Program-made: the position numbers and the translations under genes
Assembly (NCBI GenBank): GCA_964016885.1
Contig: OZ024747.1
Span: 12,152,001-12,216,000 of the forward strand
Direction of reading: 5' to 3'
DNA from: Eledone cirrhosa
Taxonomy: Eukaryota
Length of the DNA stretch: 64,000 nt
Part shown: positions 38,635 through 52,426 of the stretch, in pieces
Numbering within the stretch: position 1 is the first letter of the stretch
Layout of the letters: every line of letters begins with the position of its first letter
The notes under the pieces: generated by a model
Told to the model about the DNA's origin: nothing
Seen by the model: only the letters and a program-made list of their open reading frames with translations
Databases searched by the model: none

Positions 38635-39254
38635 ATCTATGTGTGTTTGTGTCTGTGTGTGTATCTGTGTGTTTGTGTGTGTGTGTAATAAATGATATTG
38701 GTTTTCATAAGATTGCAAACCTGAACTCAATATTATCTCTCTCACAGACACACACACACACTTACACACACAAGTGTGCGTGCATACAAATATGCTGAAT
38801 ATTCAAATAACCTTTGTTTCTATACAATAAGTGCCATGTTTAAATAACACCATACCCTGTTTGTTTACATTATATATCTATATATATATATATAAACCCA
38901 TGCTAGCGTGGAAGATAGACGTTAAACAATGATGATGATGGTGATATATATACATATATATATACACACACACATTATACATATAAATATAAATACATAC
39001 CCTGATCACATCACACACACAGACTGACACAGACCACAAGTGATAAAGGCTACGAACAATCAACCCATTTTTACCTGTAAAATGTACCTGGACTACATCA
39101 TCTAATGCATCTCGTTATAAACAAGAATGTAGTTTGAGTAAAATTTGGCAGCTAGTTCTAGCAGGTTGATTAACCACACAGAGGCTTCCTTGTTGTTGGC
39201 TCAACCAACTTTGTTTAAACCCCAGGTCTTTGGTAAAGGTGTGGGGGGGGGGGT

Positions 39255-39600
39255 AGTGTTGCTGTTAGAGGTGGGGGTATAGGTGAGGTGGCGGTAGTGT
39301 TGTTGTTATTGAGGTACACATGAGATGGAGATGTCGTTAGAGGTGGGGGTATAGGTGAGGTGGCGGTAGTGTTGTTGTTATTGAGGTACACATGAGATGG
39401 AGATGTCGTTAGAGGTGGGGGTATAGGTGAGGTGGTGGTATTGTTGTTGTTATTGAGGTACACATGAGATGGAGATGTCGTTAGAGGTGGGGGTATAGGT
39501 GAGGTGGTGGTATTGTTGTTGTTATTGAGGTACACAGGAGATGGAGATGTCGTTAGAGGTGGGGGTATAGGTGAGGTGGGGGTAGTGCTGTTAGAGGTGG
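39255..39600. repeat. Minisatellite, ~63-bp unit (gttagaggtgggggtataggtgagg...)
   Basis: Direct periodicity, ~5 copies. Confidence 0.88.
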
Positions 39601-41570
39601 GGATGTTGTTGGTAGTAATTGTTGCTGAGTAGAAAGAGTTACAGAAACAATGCAACTACCACCACCATCATCAACACCACCACCACCGTCATCATCATCA
39701 TCAACACCACCACTGTTACCACCACCATTGTCATCATCATCAACACCACCACCTCAGCCACCACCACCACCATCAATACCACCACCTCAGTCACCACCAC
39801 CACCACCATCAACACCACCACTGTTACCACCACCATTGTCATCATCATCATCAACACCACCACCACCACTGTTACCACCTCCATCATCATCACAACAACT
39901 GTCACCACCATCACCACCAGACAAAACACCACAACCACCATCACATCATTACCACCATCACCCACCCACCATCACCACCAGACAACCACCATCTCCACAA
40001 CCACCATCACCATACCATCATTACCACCATCACCACCATCTCCACAACCATCATTACCACCATCACCCACCCACCATTACCACCATCTCCACAACCACCA
40101 TCACCACAACCACCATCACCCACCTACCACTACCGACAAGACATCACCACCAGACAAAACACCATCACCACCATCACCATCATTACCAGACAAGACACCA
40201 CCCCACCACCACCCATTACCAGACAAGACACCACCCCACCACCCATTACTAGAGAAGACACCACCCCACCACCCATTACCAGACAAGACACCACCACTAC
40301 CAGCAGTCAGACACCACCCCACCACCGCCACCTCAGAAAATACCATCTCCACTGTCACCATTACCACCAGGGACACAAGTTGTTGTGTAGAGAGGGGGAA
40401 GGGAGGGTGGGAAGAGGGAAAAGAGAGGAGGAAAGGGAGGGGGAATGGAAAGTGAGGGAGGGGAGCTAAAGTAGATCATGAAGAAAAGAATATGTTTACA
40501 GAGACAAGCTTACTAAGTAGTAGTAGTGGTGGTGACGGTGGTGGTAGTGGTGGTAGTAGTAGAAGTAGTAGTAGTGGTAGTAGTAATAGTAGTGGTAGTA
40601 GTAGTAGTGGTGGTAGTAGTAGTAGTAGTGGTGGTAGTAGTGGTGGTGGTAGTAGTAGTGGTGGTGGTAGTAGTAGTGGTGGTGGTGGTGGCGGCGGTGG
40701 TGGTGGTATGGGGTGTAGGGACACAGAGTGGGTAGTGTAGAAACAGTCAATGAATATAAGAGTGTATAGTGATGTTGTTTCTCCGTCCAATTATCATTAT
40801 GGGACGAAATACTCTGTGGTATTTGTTCTGGCTCTTTATGTTCCGAATTCAAATCCCGCTGGAGCAAACTTTGCCTTTCATCCTTTCTGGGCTGATAAAA
40901 TGACGTACCAGTCAAGTATTTGGTTACAGAAGCCAAACAACAAAAGGACAAGGAAAATCATGCCATTTTTACCTCCCTACGGACAACTGACGCTGCACAC
41001 AGAAGAGCCGAACACCCACTGTCATCACCTCCATCTCTCTCTCTCATCCTCCCCATCTCTCTGTATTATGAGCAAATGGGGTCCCACGTGCTGGCTGCCC
41101 CACGGCCCCAGCGGACAGAATGGCGAAGGCGTTTCTGCGTTTCCCCGGAGGATGGTAAGGGAGATGCGCTGGAAGAGCCATTCCATCTCGTGAGGCTAAC
41201 ACCAGCGGCTGGCCAGCTCAGCGTCTATGGTAGTAAGTAGGGAGGTAGACCTGGAGCCAAGGAGACCAGAAGTCTCAACTGCAAATCTGTCAGAGAGCGA
41301 CTGATACTTGGAGTGTTTACCCTCCTCAGTATTTGGTTGTAGTTGGTACAGCTGAAACCTATGTAGGATTAGTTTGCCTCCTACATGGTTGCATGAGGAG
41401 CCTTTTGAAACAATGTCTTTTGATCAGATATTAATCCTAGTGCCAACCTTTTTAGTCTCTCTCATCTTATGACACACAAAGATTCTATGAAAAAAATTCC
41501 TTCAAGTATATCACATTGACCATTGCCAGGAGTCTGAGCTGAGATATAATCCTATGATTGGGTGACATAC

Positions 41571-41603
41571 CATACACCAGTTTCTTTCTTTCTTTCAAAA
41601 TTA
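41571..41603 (-). CDS. AFDN: Candidate alternative 33-nt microexon of afadin (VILKERKKLVY)
   Basis: ctcctcttgacctgcacatcaactccctgccag|TAATTTTGAAAGAAAGAAAGAAACTGGTGTATG|gtatgt; 3n length, phase 1-1, no stop, purine-rich GAAAGAAAG enhancer-like content. Confidence 0.55.
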
Positions 41604-43983
41604 CTGGCAGGGAGTTGATGTGCAGGTCAAGAGGAGTCAGAAGAAAACATGTGACACAACAACAGAACTTCTCTTGCAACTGCTACAGCTATGTCTGTCT
41701 GTCTGTCTGTCCTATAGTGGTTATGTCATTATGTCAACCACAAATGAACCTACAACAAACATGGGAAGGCCCCTTTGTAAAACTTCATTAGCGAAGCCAA
41801 GTCATGATGATGACAAGCTGGGAACTATATTATAATAATAACAACAACAACATATTCTCTTTCCCATAGCAGTATAGATAGAATGGGGTTACAGTTTCAT
41901 GGGAACCACGGACTGTTATAATTTTGGTTATTTTTTAAAATACAAATCTTCATTCTCTTCCTATAAGAAAACCACTCAACCATGTTTGATTGTGTGTATG
42001 TGTCATATATATATATATATATATATAATGCGTGTATGTGTATGTATATTATTGTTATATGTATGTATAGATATGTATATGCATGTATGTGTGTGCATAT
42101 GTTTTGTTCATCAACCCAACATAATAGTTTAACCAAGCAACAATAAGACTTAGTAAGTTAGTCTCACTCGAAGTCAATAACTCATTGTGAGTAATGTCTG
42201 TTACTCACAATGAGTGAGAATAAAGAAGGTAGCTAGTATATACCACATTGTCATATACTAAAGTACAGACTAGTGTGTGAGAAAGAGGATATATTCACTA
42301 TAGATGTAGTGTAAAGATTATATCTATTATATATATGTGTGTGTGTGTGTGTGTGTTCCTGTTTTTGAAAGAGGTGCTCTATATCTCTGTGAGCTGCTAG
42401 ACATGACTAAAAGGAGCGGTTAGGAAGCACATCTGGCTGCAAAACATTGTCTCAAATCATCTCAAATGAAGTCCAATCCATGCCAACATGGAAAAGTGGG
42501 CATGATGATGATGATGATATAAGTGTTTTTAATTCATTTCCATCACTATGGCAAAGATCAGCCATGCAGATCCCATGTTAAATTTTCTATTTATTTCAGG
42601 GTCCTTTCTGAAAACTGAACACCCATCCTGTTGTGACCCTTTTAGTCATTCCTTACAACATGTAGGGACATGATGTATCTATTCTAAACCAGATACACAT
42701 AGTAAATATGTGTGTGTGTGCGTGGTGTGTGCGTGGTGTGTGTGCGTGGCGTGTGTGTTAGAGAGAAGTGTGAGAATGAGGGAGAGAGAAAAAAGTGAAT
42801 GTGTGTTTATGTGAGAGGGAGAGAGAGAGAAGTGTGTGAGAGGGTAAGTACATGGTGTGGATGTGTGTTTAAATGTAAGGAAACACTTCCACTGAAAATA
42901 TCTACACCATACACACACCATCACATACACACACTACACACACCATCACAGACATATACCACACACACACCATCACAGACATACACCACAGACATACACC
43001 ACACACACACACCATCACAGACACACATACACACACCACACATACAGACACACACCATCACAGACACACACTACACACACCTACACACACCACACACACC
43101 ATCACAGACACACACACACACACCGTCACAGACACACACATACACACACCGTCACAGACACACACACCATCACAGAAACACACATACACACACCACGCAC
43201 CATCACAGACACACAGACACATACACACTACACAGACACACACACACAATCAGACATACACAGACACACCATCACAGACACACATACACACACACACCAC
43301 ATAGAGACAACACACACACACAAACACACACATACACTGAGAACATTATAATGACACATTAACATGAAACCAACACCAGAAACAGAAACAGATCAAGTCT
43401 TAAGATTTCTATATTCCAACAAAACAAAACATACACAAGCAAAAGAAACTATTAGTAAAGATTCTGTGCTACTATTTACTGCACCATTGTGCACCAGATT
43501 CACCAATTGTCTTACCACAGCACCATTGCATTATATACTACACATGTCACTACTGAACTGCATGTAACATCTACCAGACAGACTTATGTGTGCACTAGTG
43601 TTGTAAAATAATACATGGGTCAAGCTGTTTGTAGGTTAGTATTCACTAGTACTGGTTAGTTGATACAAGTCTATGTATACTTATACACACATATATACAT
43701 ATCAAGTTTAATATAGAAATAGTTTCTATAGGACTAGAACTGTTTCATTCAAAAGAAATCATTATCATGATTTCTATAAAATAATAGACAATGTCTTTCA
43801 TTAGAAATATAACAAATACAATCTATAAATGTGTCTAAAACTCAGTTTACTTTTATGAGGATTGAGTATTTTAATGACCAACATGCATACTACTAGTGAC
43901 AGTGACAAATATGACAAATATAAGATGCCAACGAAAACACGACCATAACAATATTACTAAACGGACTACCGTCCGTTTAGGAT

Positions 43984-44340
43984 ATAGCCAGTGACTGACC
44001 ACTTGTCAACTATAGCCAGTGACACTAACCACTGTCAACTATAGCCAGTGACTATAACCACTGTTAACTATAGCCAGTGACTATAACCACTGTTGTCAAC
44101 TATAGCCAGTGACTATAACCACTGTTGTCAACTATAGCCAGTGACTATAACCACTGTTGTCAACTATAGCCAGTGACTATAACCACTGTTGTCAACTATA
44201 GCCAGTGACTATAACCACTGTCAACTATAGCCAGTGACTATAACCACTGTTGTCAACTATAACCAGTGATACTAACCACTGTTGTCAACTATAGTCAGTG
44301 ACTAACTACTGTTGTCAACTATAGTCAGTGACTGATGTCA
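43984..44340. repeat. Minisatellite, ~26-29-bp unit GTCAACTATAGCCAGTGACTATAACCACT(GTT)
   Basis: Direct periodicity. Confidence 0.9.
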
Positions 44341-45183
44341 AACTATAGTGAACAACAAGATTTGGTAGGTTTAAATTACACTACTAAACAAACTGCTAAG
44401 CATGCAATTAATGTAATTAAATGTAAGCAAGAGAACAACATTTTCAGGCCACTTTTCCTGCTAAAACAAGTGTTACCTTTGTGGACCCCATGACAACCTT
44501 TTCCATTTTGCCCTATCATCTACATCCCCTTCTCACCAGTCTCCTGGCTTTTATTTCCTTCTCCATTATTTTTACCCTTACTCTTCTTGATCTTCTTCAG
44601 CTCATCCACCTTTATTTATATTACTTCCATCCTTCCCCAACACATGACCCAGCCATCTCACTCCACTTTACTTCATAACATCCATCACTGGCCTACTCCT
44701 CTCACCCAATCACTTCCATCCTTCCTCAACACATGACCCAGCCATCTCCACTTTACTTCATAACATCCATCACTGGATCTACTCCTCTCACCCAATCACT
44801 CTCATCCTTCCCCAACACATGACCCAGCCATCTCATTTTACTTAATAACATCCATCACTCGATCTACACCACTCAGTCACTTCCACCCATCCTCAACACA
44901 TGCCATAGTTACTATGATAACCTATGACCTGGGTGTTGAAAAAAAAAAATATTTTCCAATCTTAAACATATTTTTAATGAGTTACTTTGGTTATCCCCCA
45001 AATGATCAGACTGGCATGTAGGCAACTGATAAATAATGTAGATCCACCATGAAGATATATATATTACACATATATACACAGTGTATATATGCTTTTACAT
45101 AGTGTGTCTATGCATATATCTATACATACACACACATTATCAAACCCATGCTAGCGTGGATGATGGACGTTAAACGATGATGA

Positions 45184-45223
<40 letters not shown>

Positions 45224-45574
45224 TATGTTTATGCATACATCTATACACACACACACATATATATATACATATATACACACACACACACATATGTATAATT
45301 ATTCATATACCTACATCTGTTAAGTAACAATCACAGTAGACTAAGATCTTTTTTACAACCACCACCCAATTCTCTCATATATATTATTTTATTTTTTTCA
45401 CCTGTGTTAAATAAACAAACAAACAGATAAATGGCCACATTAGATGAAAGATGTTTCTCAAAGAAGAGATCTGAAGAATGAAGACATTCCAGGGAGGGAA
45501 ACTGAGGCAGTGTGGAGGCTGAAAGTGATGGAGGTTGGTTGACTGTACCAACTGCATTGGGTATTGTTACATAC

Positions 45575-45604
45575 CATTCTGACAAATGCTCAGTTGTTGT
45601 GCTG
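45575..45604 (-). CDS. AFDN: Candidate alternative 30-nt microexon (27 nt via NAGNAG acceptor) of afadin (AAQQLSICQN)
   Basis: ctgttctctgttgctctttatgtgtttacattag|CAGCACAACAACTGAGCATTTGTCAGAATG|gtatgt; 3n length, phase 1-1, no stop. Confidence 0.55.
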
Positions 45605-47449
45605 CTAATGTAAACACATAAAGAGCAACAGAGAACAGACTTCTTGTGTGTGGGAGGTGGGCAGAGGGGAAAAGAAATCTGTTTACTTTATTGCCTCTGT
45701 CGCCTCCACCCACAACCACCACCACTACCACCACAAACAGTGAACACCCCTTACCAATCACCACTACTACCACCACCACCATCACAAACATCAGGAACAC
45801 CTTATGTTTGTTTGCAACTTATCTTGGGAGAGATAGATAGATGGACCAATCAGAATGTGCTGACTGACAAAGAATACTATAGAGATAAAACAGTATGTAA
45901 ATCTCTTAAGACAAGCATTCCTTCGAAAAAATATCCCCCCCCCCCAACAAAAAGGTTCCTTCCAAAAAAATCCCCCCACCCCCACCCCCAATAAAGAGAA
46001 TTTCAAAAGAACCCACATTTTAGTAACCTCATGCCCCTATTTTTCTTCTTTTTTTTTGCCAAGGTAAAAGTAAAAAATCTAATTATATACAGATTTATCT
46101 AAAATCTGTCACATTAATTCCCCACCTCCCAAAGCTTCTTCAGAAACATTTCTCTTACATGAAAACAGATAAGACAATATGCCTGACTGCTAATATCAGT
46201 CTAGCAGAAAAAAATATGGAATATAAAGTAGGTTGAAGAAGTTTTTGTTGCTGTTGTTGTCATGGTTTTTGAGCCATGCTTCTTCCTACAAGCTCAATTT
46301 TGTTTATGGTTGTTGTTACAGCCCACAACTACACAGGTTTAGCTAGTCTCCTACAAGGTTGTATCTCAGAAGGTTTCTCGGGTGTTTTAATGATAGGGGC
46401 CCCAGTCGTATCATGTTATTGTTACAACTCATACCTATGCAAGTTCAGCTGACCTCTTACAAGGATGCATCCCATAGGAGGTTCCTTGGGTGTTTTAATT
46501 TTAGCCACCCCTGCTACTATCATGAAAAGTAATGTGAAATAAAATGTCTTGCACAAGAACACAAATGTGTCACCTGATTCAGGAATTGATCCTACAACCT
46601 TATTATTGTGAGTCCACCACACTAACCACTAGGCCACACACATTCAATTCTACTTAAGAATTTATGATTGAAGAATGATTGTTTGTTCAGGAGATTTAGG
46701 ATAAAAAAACATGGGGACTCATTTGAAAGAGGATATAGAAGATTCTGTTTCATTTTTTTAAACTCTTTCATTATCATATTTCTAATGAGAAAACACTCCC
46801 TGTAATTTGGAGGAATTTAGTAAAATAACTAATTTTATCATTACCAAGCTGTTGTTGGAATATAACTCAAAGGTTCTTATATAAAATTATTGAAGGTTTT
46901 TAGATAAATATAAACACCTTAAAATATAAAACTTTATCTTAGAACAAGGGGCACATGAAATTGCCCCTAGTTCTATAACACAAAATGTTTGTTTTGAAAT
47001 GTTTACATTTATCTAAAAAAACCTTCGAATGCAATTTTTTTAATTATTACTTAAACACCAACTTAATAGTTATATTACTAAACTCCCCCAATCTTTTTTA
47101 TTTTCAATTTGAGTGTTTCTTTTTAGGAATAAATATGGTAACAAAAGGGTTACTATTCCAATCACTAACTACACTGCTAAAACTAATATATTTCTATGGA
47201 ATTTGCACAAGATTCCTTCAAAAAAACAATATCCAAAAGTTGCATGCTTACAACAATGAAATTTATTATAAATCTTCAAAAAGTCACAAAAATCAAATAA
47301 AGACAAAAAAAAAATTAATTATTAATTATTAGTTAAGTTTGAATTGCAGGCAAGAAAACCCTACTGAAAGAGAATCAATCGGGTGGAATAACCAAAAATA
47401 ACAATACAATCAGATGCAATCATCAAACAGATGAAAGGAAGCTTCCTAC

Positions 47450-47473
47450 CTTCAGTTTGTTCTGACTCCTTTT
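47450..47473 (-). CDS. AFDN: Candidate alternative 24-nt microexon of afadin (EKESEQTE)
   Basis: tgtttctgtctgatcttctcag|AAAAGGAGTCAGAACAAACTGAAG|gtagga; 3n length, phase 1-1, no stop, good pyrimidine tract; no transcript evidence. Confidence 0.55.
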
Positions 47474-47919
47474 CTGAGAAGATCAGACAGAAACACTCAG
47501 AATAACAACAACAACAACAACAATAATAATAATGATGATGATAATGATGGTGATCATGATCATAATAATGATAGAGATTTTTAATTTGGGCACAAAGCCA
47601 GCAATTTTTGTTTGGGGGGGGGGGGGGGGGGTCAATTATATTGACCCCAGTACTTGACTGGTACTTTATTTTATCAACTCTGGAAGGATGAAAGGCAAAG
47701 TTGACCTTGGCAGGATTTGAACTCAGAATGTAAAGGGTCAGTAATAATAATAATGTTAATACTGATAATGATATGATGACAATGATGATGATTATAATAA
47801 TGATAATTATTTCTTTTACTGGCCACAAGGGCCAAAACCACTGGGGACAGTGAAAAGGTGAAATACATAGGAAAACAACTAACAAAACACAATGAAAGGA
47901 TTTACAGAAAAGTGGTGAT

Positions 47920-48390
47920 ATAGGCATTCACCAGAGAAAGTGTCAAAGAATGACAAAGCAACCATACTCTCGGTTGTGCCAATACACACAGAAAGGGTTT
48001 CAAGATAATTGATCAGATATTGTAGTCAATGACAGCGAAAAAAAGAAATGTTTCCACATGATGAGATATCTCTCAAAGAAATTGAGAAATTATCCAAATA
48101 ACAATATCTAGAAAAATAGATAACCCGAATGAAGGGGATGAAAACAGAAATAATCCCTATAACAATAGAAGGTCTTGGAATGATAAATAAAAAAACACAG
48201 ATAGACAGACAGACAGCTACATGTTCAAAACTATATGACTTACAAATATGTACAATATACAGAAAGTGGCACTACTAGACACTTCACATATAATACAATA
48301 GAAACAACAACACCAAAACATAATGCAAATATCCAAGGCACAGACAGCTGTGCTCAGTAATGCAGTGACAACATAATGAAAATAAGTCTA
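47920..48390 (+). mobile_element. Degenerate R4/Dong-like LINE 3' fragment (restriction-like endonuclease region)
   Basis: Frame-broken remnants resembling H.PEKV..NDKATIL...PIHT...DIVV...SLKEIEKLSK...ITRM..MKTEIIPI....LGMI, ending in (TAA)n. Confidence 0.55.
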
Positions 48391-48961
48391 ATGAATAATA
48401 ATTGTTTCTACTTTTGGCACAAGGCCAGCAATTATCACAGTGTATTACTGGTACTTTATTTTATTGACCCCGTAAGGATGAAAGGCAAAGTTAACCTCGG
48501 CAGGATTTGAACTCAGACTATAAAGGGACGTAACTCTTTGCTGCAAAGCATGGCATCCGACCCTCTACCGATACTGCCAATTCACCACCCTCTAATGAAT
48601 AATAATGGTTTCTTATAATAATTTCTACTTTAGCACAAGGCTAGTCTTTTTTTCTTTTTTTTTTTTTTTTTTTTGTGGAAGCTGGTTGATTAAATCAACC
48701 CCAATTCTTACTGGTACTTTATTTTATCGATACCAGAATGATGAAAAGTCACAATTGACCTCAGCAAAATTTGGATTCAGAATGTAAAGTGAGTGTCTAA
48801 ATAATGCTAAGAATTTTGCCTGACATTCTAACCAACAAAATAACAACAATAGCAATAACAAGATGGATAACAACAACAATAAACACCAATAACATAGCCA
48901 ACAACAAAATAGATAACAACTACAACAACAAAGGTTGTTTTATGTAGGAGAACATACATAC

Positions 48962-49076
48962 CATTTTTGGAAACATGTTGAAGTAAAATAGACAAGGGAT
49001 AATCATCATCATTGACAAAACTCTCTTCACCAAGTGATCCGCCATGGTATTCTCTCTCACCTTTCGGAATTGTCAC
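48962..49076 (-). CDS. AFDN: Afadin exon, RA2 domain central part
   Basis: ttccag|GTGACA...AAAAATG|gtatgt; 115 nt, phase 0 to 1; VTIPKGEREYHGGSLGEESFVNDDDYPLSILLQHVSKN (DDD.PL.I motif of RA2). Confidence 0.9.
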
Positions 49077-49540
49077 CTGGAACGTATTTTGGTTAAAATA
49101 TAGTTATTGTTATAAACAAATAAACAAAAATAAAACTGAAGAAACATTATCCTGTACCACATAAAACCACATTAGCAAAACATTCTTGAAAATTACCACA
49201 GCACTATGATTGCATCACATCAAAATGTTAAGCATCTACTCTAATATTGTTTACAAACCAAAATCAGTTCTGTATGAGCAAGACATGGTCACCTGACCTG
49301 GCATTGCCCACAACAGGACAAACAACTCGCCTAACCCATGCTAGCAAGGAAGAATGGATGTAAAACGGAGATGATGATGGTGATTGCAAATTTTCACAAC
49401 AATCTGTCTACAAGTAAATATAATACACACATTTGAATTAACAAACCCAATTTTTATATATTTTCTGTTCAAAAGACAGCCTGTCATCAACCATAATAAT
49501 ACATGAGGTGTGTTTGTGTATGTATATATATATATATATA

Positions 49541-50270
49541 GTAATAATAATAAATTTGAAGACTAAAATCCAAAGAGGGCTCAATAAGGATAAATATATA
49601 TCAAATATATAAGGACCGTAGAGCAAATATTTATTAAAATAACAGATTAAAGTTTAAACAAAGAATCGCTGCTTTCACCCTTAACGGGATCTTCTGAAAC
49701 TAACAAAGTCAATCTGTAAACGCAGAAGTAGATATTTCAAAAAAAAGAGAACATTAGTCTACGACCTCTTTTATACCATAAACGTGGTTCTGTCTTTGCG
49801 CGTAATTGTTTTTCACCGCTCCTATTAATGACGTATTATATTCGTTTTTTCCCGTTCTTTGCCAGCGAACGTTTCCACGAACCAAAGTATCGTCTTCCTG
49901 TCTTCCTCCGGTTGCAACGTTTTTTGAAATATCCACTTCTGCATTTACAGATTGACTTTGTTAGTTTCAGAAGATCCCGTTAAGGGTGAAAGCAGCGATT
50001 CTTTGCTTAAACTTTAATCTGTTATTTTAATAAATATATATATATATATATATATATAGTAATAATAATAAAATTGAAGACTAAAATCCAAAGAGGGCTC
50101 GATAAGGAAAATATATATCAAATATATAAGAACCGTAGAGCAAATATTTATTAAAATAACAGATTAAAGTTTAAGCAAAGAATCGCTGCTTTCACCCTTA
50201 ACGGGATCTTCTGAAGACTAAAATCCAAAGAGGGCTCGATTAAACTTTAATCTGTTATTTTAATTAATAT
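49541..50270. mobile_element. (TA)n-embedded element with ~115-bp inverted repeats plus a tandem partial copy
   Basis: 49626-49745 is the reverse complement of 49920-50036 around a ~175-bp spacer; 50059-50215 repeats 49541-49697. Confidence 0.75.
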
Positions 50271-50347
50271 ATATATATATATATATATATCTCAGTTATG
50301 TTGTTACAACATATATATATATATATATATATCTCAGTTATGTTGTT

Positions 50348-50378
<31 letters not shown>

Positions 50379-51152
50379 CTCAGTTATGTTGTTACAATAA
50401 GTTTGCTTTCCAGACACTATGTCATGGGTTCTAACCTTATATTTGCCCCAGTCAGACACCATGCTTAGCAGCATAGAGTTATGACCCATTACGTTCTGAG
50501 TTCAAATCCCGCCGCGGTTAACTGTGCCTTTCATCCTTACAGGGTCCATAAAATAAAGTACCAGTCACGCACTGGGGTCAATTTCATCAACTTTCCCCTC
50601 CCCCAAAAATTGCTGGCCTTGTGCCTATATAAGAAACCATTATTATTATTATTAGGGCAGTGAATTGGCAGTATTGGTAGAGAGTTGGACACCATGCTTT
50701 GTAGCATAGAGTTATGGCCCTTTATTATCCGAGTTCAAATCCCGCCGAGGTTGACTTTGCCTTTCATCCTTACGGGGGTCGATAAAATAAAGTACCAGTA
50801 ATGCACTGGGTAATTGATGGCCTTGTGCCAAAAGTAGAAACAATTATTATTATTAAAGCTTACCCACCAAATATCTAAATATGTGTCTTCATTCAAATGT
50901 TTAGAGTATCTTTACTTGTGGACAGATTATTGGAAAAATTTGCAGTATTAGAAAAAAAGACTTCAATGTTTTAAAGTGAATCAGTCATTATGTTTCATAC
51001 ATTTCAAGAATGTTTTGTTAATGCAGTTTAATGTGGTACAGGATGTTAAGAGTTAATAAAATTTAGGTTTTTCTTTAACTGATCAAAATTCTTTCTCTAA
51101 GACAGGTTTTTTTGTTTCATTTAATGGAATATTAAATGAGCACCATTGACAT

Positions 51153-51193
<41 letters not shown>

Positions 51194-51362
51194 GTGTGTG
51201 CGTGTGTCAAACTACTCCCCCACAAACAGTTCTCCAGTTCCTACACCAGTCAACAGTACTGATGTACTCCACCCAACCAAGAAAAAAGGGGTCAAATAAA
51301 CCACCCAGATATTTCAACACTAGTTAATTAACATATATATATATATATATATATTACTAGTC

Positions 51363-51414
<52 letters not shown>

Positions 51415-52268
51415 GAGGCAGACATGTTTCTTTAATTACACATTGGTGGGTGTTGATGGTAGTAGTAATAGTGGTGGCAGTGGTGGTGGTGATAGTAGTA
51501 GTGGTGATGGTGGTGGTGATAATAGTGATGGTGGTGGTGATGATGATAGTAGTGGTGGTGGTGATGGCGGTGATAGTAGTAGTGGTGGTGGTGGTAGTAG
51601 TGGTGGTGGTAGTAGTGGTGGTAGTAGTAGTGGTGGTGGTGGTAGTAGTGGTGGTGGTAGTAGTAGTGGTGGTGGTGGTAGTAGTGGTGGTGGTAGTAGT
51701 GGTGGTAGTAGTAGTGGTGGTGGTGGTGGTAGTAGTGGTGGCAATAGTAATGGTGGTAGTGGTAATAGTGGTGGAAATAGTGTGTGTGTGTGTGTGTGGT
51801 GGTGTTGATGGTAGTCTTGATTATGGTTGTGTGTATCAGCAGTGATGTTGTGTTGTAGTAGTAGTAGTAATAGTATGGTGGTGGTGATGGTAGCCATCAT
51901 GTTGGTGGTAATAGCAGTGGTGATAGTGGTGGTGTGTACTAATGGGTAACTTCAACAACACTATATGTAATGACAATAGACATACACTATATGTAATGTT
52001 AATAGACACACTATATATAATGACAATAGACACACTATATGTAATGTTAATAGACACACTATATGTAATGACAATAGACACACTATATGTAATGTTAATA
52101 GACACACTATATATAATGACAATAGACACACTATATGTAATGACAATAGACACACTATATGTAATGATAATAGACTGTACTATATGTAATATTAATAGAC
52201 TGTACTATATGTAATATTGACAGGCAATGCTATAGCTAAGTAATATATATGTAATATATAAGACTTAC

Positions 52269-52426
52269 CTGGACTAAGCAATATTTATAAGCCTCTTCTT
52301 TAGGATATCCATACTTCTCTAAGGTTTCTTCAACGACAAAGCTGGCAGTATCTGTTGCAGAGACTAAGAGTGTCTTATAGGGGATATTCGGGCTCAGAGC
52401 TTCCCCATAAATCTTCAGCATGCCAC
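52269..52426 (-). CDS. AFDN: Afadin exon, RA2 domain N-terminal part
   Basis: ttccag|GTGGCATG...GTCCAG|gtaagt; 158 nt, phase 1 to 0; GGMLKIYGEALSPNIPYKTLLVSATDTASFVVEETLEKYGYPKEEAYKYCLVQ. Confidence 0.96.

Noticed and set aside
39075-39101. 27-nt phase-1 exon-like unit (DDVVQVHFT)
   Set aside because: Poor pyrimidine tract with a competing upstream AG, weak GTAAAA donor, and repeat-like surroundings.
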